Below are positions 13,677 to 64,000 of a stretch of DNA of 64,000 nt, in pieces. The translations under genes and the position numbers were made by a program. The notes under the pieces were generated by a model. That model did not search any database and was not told the origin of the DNA. It saw only the letters and a list, made by a program, of their open reading frames with translations. The DNA comes from Amoebidium appalachense. Lineage: Eukaryota > Protista > Ichthyosporea. Each line of letters begins with the position of its first letter. Position 1 is the stretch's first letter. The stretch is taken from NCBI GenBank assembly GCA_963693365.1, contig CAVNZM010000010.1:186001-250000 (forward strand). The letters are read 5' to 3'.

Positions 13677-15153
13677 ATGCGTGCGTGTGTGTGCGTGTGC
13701 GTGTGGTGTGTCAACTTCTTGAGATATCAAGCTTCAGCTGAATGAGGCCATCTACATTTTGATAGACGTGTGTGCCGTGTGTACCCTATGGACATGCCAA
13801 GTCCTGTTGTGCCGTTAAAGCTCCCACTCGCCCGGCAGTTGTTCTGTTGATTTTAAATTTAGTAATGTAGATGCATTCGTTAACCTGAAATATTGTCTTT
13901 TTAACATTATGTCGACAGCTTCTTTACAAACACATGGCCAAATGGCTACGATAGCACATATTGGCGAACAAACCAAACGCATCGTTGTTAACATGTCCAT
14001 GTGCTCAAAATGTGTACAAATAACGAAAAATCAATATAAGATGGAGATATTACGACCGAAACGTCTGGAGCAGGTGTGTTGGAAACTAATACCAATACAA
14101 GCTATGGAGCACGGCGATAAATAGTCAGTGTTTCTACAGTACGCCCGCATGCACGTGTATGTGTGTGTGTGCCGCACGTGTGTGTCTGTCATTCTGTGTG
14201 CCGAAGATCTAAATAGATCTATCGGGTGAGCCGCGATCTGGCATTGCAGGGTTGGGCTGGGGTTGGCCAGCGTAACCGTATTGTCCTTTGGCCAATCGAA
14301 ACAGACAGTTTCTTAATCGTAATTGGGGGTTCTTGGGGATCTGCAAGCCCAGCTAAAACGCCCCTCCAGTCACAAAACTCAAAATACGCTTTTTTACAAA
14401 TTAAGTATCGCAAAATTACAAGGCCTGGACACTTGTCGGGGTTCGATATTGCTCATGAGAAGCGCCGTAGATATGTTCTTGAACAGAAATATTGAAAAAA
14501 TGAGGTACAGTTAGATATTAAGGGGCCTTAAAGCGTTTATAATGCTATACATCTGATACGAAAGCTGTTACGACGGCACCCTAACCTTATTCGTATCGGG
14601 GTCTTTCGTTAATCGTAATTACGGCGATTTTTTTTTCGTAATCCCCCCCCTGTGGCATTGCGATCGCTGAGTGGTCAACCTAAATCCGTAGCCACCCACC
14701 TACACATCATGAATCTCATGATATCACAAAGGCATTTGGGAAAGTTTCTCATTATATTGATAAGGGAAGACTAGAAAACTCCTAATCGAGTTCCAAGAAA
14801 GAAAAAAAATCTGTTTTCATATGTTATTTATGTCCATTGCGTTCATTGCGCGTTCAATAAAGACTTACACGAAGAGAAACAGTGAACCCCAGCAGGATAC
14901 GTTTAAACCAATCATAGTGGGCTGTGAATGGCTCTGAACCAATCAGCGCACGGGAGCCCAACTTCCAAAACCACAACAAACTCCCACTGATCACAACGTG
15001 CACATCACACATCACTACATACAGTTTGGTGAAGCATGCGTTCAAACTAGAAGTTACAAAAGTATTACACCACAGCGTAGAAGAACTTTGACACAACTAA
15101 TTTACCAAACAGCCAAGAAACAAACCACTCTATTGTCTAAAACACTAATTAGA

Positions 15154-25617
<10,464 letters not shown>

Positions 25618-26228
25618 CGAGCTGCTAAAAACACATTAGACCAATCATCGACGGTTTTAACTCGCTGCTAAGACACATTAAACCAATGTCGCTTTAGCAC
25701 CCTGTTGGACTTCTCATGTATTGATTTTGTTGTTTTGTTTTTTTTCCAGTGAGTTTCTCTGGTTGCTGGAGGATTTCGTTTGCTTTCAAAGCGGTTAACA
25801 AATTGATTCTTGGTAAGCTCTAGGACGGGGGTTTTCCAAAAAGGTGTTTCAAGCATGCTCTTGATTTCTTTCTCCTCTCTTTTCGTTTCCCCGCAATTTA
25901 TGAAACCATCCTAGCACACGGGCATATCTATACACCAAGTACATGACTAGTGGCATACCTAGGCAGCACTCCTAGTTTAAAATTACAGCATGCGCAATCG
26001 CAGAACACAAGTTTCCTAATCGACTTTTCTTGTCAGCGAGCTCGAGTTTTCCTTGTATATATTCTTTTTGGGCATGCCATTTGCGTGACAAAAAAACTTA
26101 AGATACATTACGTAATTCTGTAGTATAGGAGTAAGGTTAATTTTAAAATATCTGCCACCACCGGGGCTTAGGCTAGTCAGGTCGTGTTTCTGCAGTAAAT
26201 GTCTGATGAAGTTTCGTTCTTTCAGAAT

Positions 26229-26322
26229 ATGCATATGATGAACATAGTGCAATTTGATATTATGCATATGATGAACATAGGGCAATTTCATATTATGCAT
26301 ATGATGAACATAGTGCAATTTG
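26229..26322. repeat. 33-bp minisatellite x3
   Basis: TATGCATATGATGAACATAGTGCAATTTGATAT unit. Confidence 0.8.
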
Positions 26323-26399
26323 AAATAAATACAGAAGGCTTCGAATTATCTTCGACGTGATCCTCCCTCCCTCCCTCCCTCCCTCCCTCCGCTCCCCCT

Positions 26400-26433
<34 letters not shown>

Positions 26434-26489
26434 CTAGGATTAGTTGGACCCCCCCCCCCCTCCCCTTTCCCTCTCCCCCCCCCCCTCCT

Positions 26490-26951
26490 GTCTCTGATCA
26501 AGACGGGTGATCCACCCATGTTCAAGTGAAACAGTATCTGGGTTGGGTTTCGTTTCGAGGTTAATGGGTTTGTTTGGGTGCTGGATGTTACTAACCGTGC
26601 ACCTAGGACCCCAAACTTCCCATTAAAAATTATTTTAGGACCCGCGCATGTACCCCTTGATGACGTGGGCCCCCCCTGAGGATGGGCTCTGCTTATTATG
26701 CATACTCTTTATGTATGGCTTGCATTCTGCATCGTGTTATCCGTTTGTTCTTGTGTACTTCGTACTTTATGACGCATTCAACCCCTTCTCCCCCCCCCCC
26801 CCCCCCCCCCCCCCTCCCCCCCCCTCCCCCATATGACGTGGGCCCCCCTGAGGATGGGCTCTGCTTATTATGCATACTCTTTATGTATGGTTTACTCTGC
26901 ATCGTGTTATCCGTTTGTTCTTGTGTGCTTCGTACTTTATGACGCATTCAA
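26490..26951 (+). mobile_element. Partial tandem of family A copies (26490-26781 with altered internal segment; 26833-26951)
   Basis: Same TCTCTGATCAAGACGGGTGA start region and GACGCATTCAA+poly-C ends; the two copies are separated by a C-run. Confidence 0.75.
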
Positions 26952-27081
26952 CCCCCCCCCCCCCCCCTCCCCCTCCATATCACCCGAAGCAGTGTGTGTG
27001 TGTGTGCGTGTTCGTGCGTGCACCCGACAGTCTTTTCCACTAAAATGTGTGTGTGTGTGTGTGAGTGTGTTTGTGTGTGTT

Positions 27082-27121
<40 letters not shown>

Positions 27122-27535
27122 CGTGTGCGTGTACGTGTGTTAGCTGCGTGCGCGTGTGAGTGGGGGAGGGGGGGGAGGAAAATGGCGGGGGAAGAGAGGA
27201 GGGAACTATACACATCATCTTTCAGTTTTATATCTTAGCATCCAGTGCTACTCCACATATCATCCGTCTACTTTAACCAATAGATCAATCCATGTCATGG
27301 AAGAATTTCAACTCTCATCATTAAAAACTCTTCTTCATTTGAACTACTGTAAATCACAATACAAATTGCATGTCAATCACACATACAAATGCATCCCTAA
27401 GGGCAAAAAAAGGCCACTATTCAAGTTTAAAAAAAAAGGTCAGCACTACACATCATCCCACTTGTACGTTTCACGGCAACTATTTTACAGTTACCACCCA
27501 ATAATTGCTCCTCTTCATCTACCCCCTACCCCCCC

Positions 27536-27566
<31 letters not shown>

Positions 27567-27663
27567 AAAAAAAAAAAAAAAAAAGATTGCAAGGACTCAC
27601 AAACAAACATTACAACAACTGCATTTTCCTGCGCATTCGACTTCACCATTTAAGCATACATTA

Positions 27664-27702
<39 letters not shown>

Positions 27703-27761
27703 ACACACACCCTCAAAAAAGTCCGGATAACTACAACACCATTACACACCCTGCCCCCCCC

Positions 27762-27797
<36 letters not shown>

Positions 27798-27874
27798 TTT
27801 CCCAACCCCACCCAACCAATTCCTCCCTCCCCCCCCCCCCCCCCCTGCTTCCCCCCCCCGGTGCTTATACCTTC

Positions 27875-29299
27875 CTAATCAATACGTGCATAAACCAGTA
27901 CACCCGCACCAAACCTCGTCTTTTTCTCCCTCCACAGATACAACGGAAACAGAAAACACAAACACGAGAGAATAGTCAGTCCGGCGTTCACCCAGAAAAA
28001 GTCACCCTTGAGCGTGTTCGTCACCAGTTTGTCCAGGGGGTACTGTAGTAGATTGACAAATGCAGAGATCATCATCAGTAGCCCATACGTTGTTCCAAAC
28101 GTCTTAAACCCGAAAACACGCCCACAGAAATCCGAGATGGCGGCGTAGAGGCATGTTCTCGCGACCACCAAAACACAGAAATTGACTATCTGCAGCCACC
28201 AAATCGGGACAACGCCAAAAACTCCAAACACCACCAGCAAGATGGCGAGGAGTAGATACATGGCGGTGGGGCCATGACGATCGAGAATGAACCCAACAAG
28301 GGGAATGGTGATGATGCCGCCAATGGGAAGGATGACGTTGAATGCGTCTGTTAACATCGGCACACGCTCAAAATCGCACAAATCCGTAAGTTGCTCCGCC
28401 ACTGTTGCTATGTAGAAGTTGATGCGCAACATGTAGATGGAGATGAAGGAAGCAACTAGAAAATACTCGACCGTGCGCAGTTGCTTAGCAACGGGAAGGT
28501 GTTGCAGCGAATAGATTTTCGGTATTTTCTCCCGCCCCTCGTCATCCTTCGATGCCTCCGGCTCGGATTGGTACTGCCGTTCGTCGAGATAGACTATTCC
28601 AAAAAGGAAATTGACAGCCGGAACAACAAGGTAGGACAACCATATAAGGTGAAGGGGCACGCCGTTGTAGAAATGAAGCACCTTAAAGATCATGGGGACC
28701 AAGCTCGACGTGTCGAATGCGCCCGTAATGATACCATTTATGGTGCCCATGTACGACGGGAAGAGGTTAATGAGGTTGATGTGCGCCAAAAACATGCTCA
28801 GCCCACCTATGGCGATGCAGACATATCCGGGAATATACCCGTCGAAATGCTTGCTTGAATATGCCAGAAGTATTAACCCTGTAACCTCAAACACTGTGCC
28901 GCAAATACTTGTCATCCGTGGGCCCGCCTCGTCCAGAAGCAACCCGACAGGAAATGCGGCGCAATTGATTGCGAATGCTGCAGCCGTGAACATGAGGTCC
29001 AATTTAAGCCTCTGCTCCGCGCATTCTTTCTCCCCCTTTTTACACAAGTATGAATACACCCCTTCGTCGATCATGACAGGTTTGAGGGCAGCAAACCCAA
29101 AGATGACCCCTGCTGTTAGAAATGTGATGAGCACAGCCATTCCCACCATAAATAGGCGCGTGCTGACTGGGAATGGGTCCTTTTTCGGGAGCATGTAGAT
29201 GTGAATGTGCTCTGCGGACTGTGTGCTCTGGTTGTCTGGGCCGTCCCAAAGGCGTGCCCTTTCGTTGATGTCTTCATGACTGCTTCCGTCGGTAGACAT
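27875..29299 (-). CDS. MFS transporter, SLC43/LAT3 / yeast FMP42-like, intronless, 474 aa
   Basis: Clean 474-codon ORF with about 12 hydrophobic segments. AGVIFGFAALKPVMIDEGVYSYLC, G.LLDEAGPR (MFS motif A), GAFDTSS, LRINFYIATVAEQL, GFILDRHG and FGFKTFGTTYGL are typical of the LAT3/FMP42 group. Confidence 0.9.
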   Translation of the reverse strand: MSTDGSSHEDINERARLWDGPDNQSTQSAEHIHIYMLPKKDPFPVSTRLFMVGMAVLITFLTAGVIFGFAALKPVMIDEGVYSYLCKKGEKECAEQRLKLDLMFTAAAFAINCAAFPVGLLLDEAGPRMTSICGTVFEVTGLILLAYSSKHFDGYIPGYVCIAIGGLSMFLAHINLINLFPSYMGTINGIITGAFDTSSLVPMIFKVLHFYNGVPLHLIWLSYLVVPAVNFLFGIVYLDERQYQSEPEASKDDEGREKIPKIYSLQHLPVAKQLRTVEYFLVASFISIYMLRINFYIATVAEQLTDLCDFERVPMLTDAFNVILPIGGIITIPLVGFILDRHGPTAMYLLLAILLVVFGVFGVVPIWWLQIVNFCVLVVARTCLYAAISDFCGRVFGFKTFGTTYGLLMMISAFVNLLQYPLDKLVTNTLKGDFFWVNAGLTILSCLCFLFPLYLWREKKTRFGAGVLVYARID

Positions 29300-30665
29300 G
29301 CTTGCGTGTGTTTGAAGAGTGAGAGAGGTGGGGTTGCGCGTGTTTGTTTCGCAGTTTTAACGGGAGGAGAGAAGGCTAGTAGACGGTTGGAATGTGCTTT
29401 TCGTGTGTGCATGTGTGTGTGTGTGTGTGTGTGCGTGCGTGTGTGTGTGTGTGGGTGTGTGTGTGTGTATGTGTAAGTATGTGTGTGTGTATTGCGGTTA
29501 TACACCACAACAAAACGTCGATGTGGTTGTTCTAAAGAAGAAAAGCTTGTATAGGCGGTAAGAGATGAGATTTCTTGGAGGCTCTAATGTCAAACCGAAA
29601 CACTCATGATTGCAAAAGTTCTTGTCTTGTCACTCAAGTGAAGAAAGCCAAGCATGGTGTGCAGTGTTTGCTCTCGATCAAATTCACATCAACGTAAAGA
29701 GGTTGCACGCAGGCCTTTTCAGGTTGTTCTTATGTCACAAGTTAGCTGGCCACTGTTGCTCTGGCTTTCAACAACCACACACTTAGGCCTACCCTACCAC
29801 AATAACTCCCTTGTAAAACAAATAACTCCCTTTTGTGTACACTGCCAGATGTGTTTTATGTTTAGCCCAACGTGACTTACATGGTAGGCTAAAGTCACAG
29901 CCCTGCGACGGGTTGTATACATGAAAGAGCTAACATTTGATTGGTGATAGAAGCATCACTGTAGCTATATATGGTTATGTTTACTCGACGATAAGTGGTT
30001 TCTCTATGATCGTGGCTCCCGATACTCAAAACTCGGAAATGACGTCATTTGTCAACAGACTATTTCTCCACAAAACAGTCTAAACGGCCGCGGAAATCTT
30101 CTCCACAGTCCAATTTTTTCCATGACAACACGAACACGAAAGCTTTGCACTCAGCTACGCCAGTGTTACTTACAGTTGCTAGACACTTGAGGCAATTGTG
30201 TGAAAGAAACAATTCTTCCTTGATCATTCACATGGGCGTTACGGGGGGAGAAAGGAAACACTGTTGTTGGGTTGTTGGCTGTGGAAGGATGCCTGTTGAC
30301 AACTCAAGCCTCTTTTGAAGCAAATCGTTTTAAGAACACGGCGTTTTGCCATATGAGATACAACAATCAGGCGGCTTCTTTTCATGTTCCCTTTTGTCTA
30401 TTGATTCCCCCGACGTCACCAGGCGACACATCTGGCAACAAGTAACACGGGATCTATGTTACATTATGAGATTTTCAGCCGACTGTGACACATCAAGATC
30501 CTTTAACAAAGCATAGTTTCCTGGAACCTCAACCATCAAATCATAAAGGGTTCTTGGTAACATCTTTGTCTTTATAATAACTTTATCAAGGCTTCATAGT
30601 AACATCATAGGAATGCCTAACTAAGTGGGCCTTTCAGCATCCCTAATCCCACACAGACAAACACC

Positions 30666-39474
<8,809 letters not shown>

Positions 39475-41420
39475 CAAGACACATTGGTTGGGTGGGTGAA
39501 TTTTTATTCAAGTTTTATCTCATTTTGTTCTCGGGTGCCCCCATTTTAAGGTCACTCGTCGGAACTTATTATTCCCGTTTTCCACACAGCACCGACTGTA
39601 CCCTAGTTATGGTGCTAATGGTGCAATCAGCTAAGCTAACACACGTCACCAATCCTAGCTACTAGTGCACATTTAGCCCAGGGGTTTTACCCCAGTAATG
39701 GCGTGGGAGAGGTTAAGTGGTTGCATTTTGTGTTTTTGTGAATGATGCGTTTGAGTAGTTATGATAAATGTGATCGTATATGTATGTCAAGTGTATGTCT
39801 ATAACAAAAAAGCTGATGGACCTATATAGGACATATAATGGTTGCAAGAGGATTTTTGGTGTTTGTGTACTTCGATACTAGGAAATGCAAGGCCGTTATA
39901 AGTATTTACATGAAGTTTTATATAATGTCTATGGCGGTTTTTAACTTTTTAAATTCGCTCACCATTTTGCCTTAACCACTAAACAGCAGAAATGGCTATT
40001 TTTTTCTGCACCGGTAAGGTTTTCTCGCCGTTGACTGTTTTGTGTGGATAAGGTTGTAAGCTTCGGAGCATGAGATAAGGTTGTAAGGTTCGGAGCATGA
40101 ATGTGATTTATTTATTCTCATCCGTTTTCGCGCCTTTTTCGAAAAACTTTTTGAAGGTTTTGCTTGTAAAGAAATATCTCAGTTTCAATGGTTCCTGGTC
40201 CCGAATTTTGAGTAAAGTGGCAGAACTTTTGCACTGTGTTTGTCAATGCCACTCTAATAAATGCCTTGATTCGAAAATTTGCAAGGAGTGAACCTGTTCG
40301 TATTCTGCGTCAGTACGATGTGTGCCCGGATGTGACGCAATGATACACCACATGGGCGCACGTGCACACGAACACTAAGGGTGGATATCACTAAATTTCA
40401 AATCTTGAATTGATTTTCGCTCCCCGTAAGTTGACTCTGAGTCTACTACGTATACACAACACAATAGATGTCCCACGGCTCTATGTAACCCCTTACCCCC
40501 CCCCCCCCCCCCCCCCCCCCCACCTCCCCCCAGTTAAGTATCTGGCTGATCTAGGAGGCCGTGCTTCACGTTGTGCACACGGTTTTAATTGATAAATTCC
40601 TTTTGGCCTGCATGCACATTCAATTTGGGACGCACTTGCAAGCACTCTTGGGTTCGTTTTTTGCGGTTGCCTTATAACTCTTTTGTGAACGGTTTGCGTT
40701 ATCTTTCAGAAGTGAGTTCATGGAACTGCAGCTGTGTACATATATATGCACTGCACAGACGCGCACTACGGACCACATGTACACGCACAATGAAAGCATG
40801 AGCTATGTTAGCATCTGCACGTGTACACATACATGCGCATATATATGGCTGACTTGTCAAGATCATCCTGGCAGCCTGGGCCAAGGTGTGTAGTAGGCCA
40901 CATCCGTGTAGGTACCGTACGGTGTGTGTATGCATAGCACACTTGTTTGGCACAACAATGTTTAAATTGAATGTTCACATGTACAGTGCTAGTACAGTAC
41001 TCAGAAGTTCTGGAGGCACATGTACACACTCCAAGGCCTCCCAAATGAAGTGCTGTTTAGGAGGCCTTGACACACCCAAAGACACACCCCCTCGGAAGCC
41101 CTGGTACAAACCTGAGATGGCGCAAACATATATCGATGGCGCAAACATCTCAAGGACTGGATCGGCGCGCTCCACTTTCTTTTTGCATGGTCATGATCAT
41201 CTGATCATAATGGGACATTCACTGTCGTGCACGCACTTGTAAACACAACCGCCATTTAGTTAGTACACACGCTAATGTTTGACCTCATCTAAGAGTTACG
41301 CTGCCAGAAAGTAGCAGGGCAGAAAGGCACCCCATTATAACACGCTCGGCGCCCGCACGCTTGTGGGGTGGATTGTGTCAAGCAAAGCTGGGAGAACAGA
41401 GGATTCACAGGCGTGTGACC

Positions 41421-64000
<22,580 letters not shown>

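Overview
Eukaryotic, intron-rich genomic window whose introns are packed with (C)n/(G)n, (CA)n/(TG)n and (CT)n tracts; most ORFs in the six-frame track are microsatellite artefacts. Gene content suggests a unicellular holozoan-like organism (inference). By joining exons by hand with phase checks I reconstruct: an uncertain hypothetical gene (minus, ~374-3254), an intronless Cip/Kip-type CDK inhibitor (minus, 7588-7998), a 14-15-exon class C (GABA-B-like) GPCR (plus, 15154-25617), an intronless SLC43/FMP42-like MFS transporter (minus, 27875-29299), a 12-exon EamA/DMT (WAT1-like) transporter with a GC-AG intron (plus, 30666-39474), and a >=28-exon WDR6/Trm734 gene running off the right end (plus, 41421->64000) containing an AT-AC U12-type intron. 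The most striking observation is two families of 5'-truncated, poly-C-anchored repeats, probably Penelope-like retroelement ends. Family A carries all hammerhead ribozyme core elements, but in a non-circularly permuted, pseudoknotted order (substrate strand - GAAA strand - CUGANGA strand), supported by compensatory changes between diverged copies; family B shares the GAAA and CUGANGA strands. Also seen: two MITE-like elements and recurrent tandem duplications of splice-signal units. No database searches or folding computations were run.
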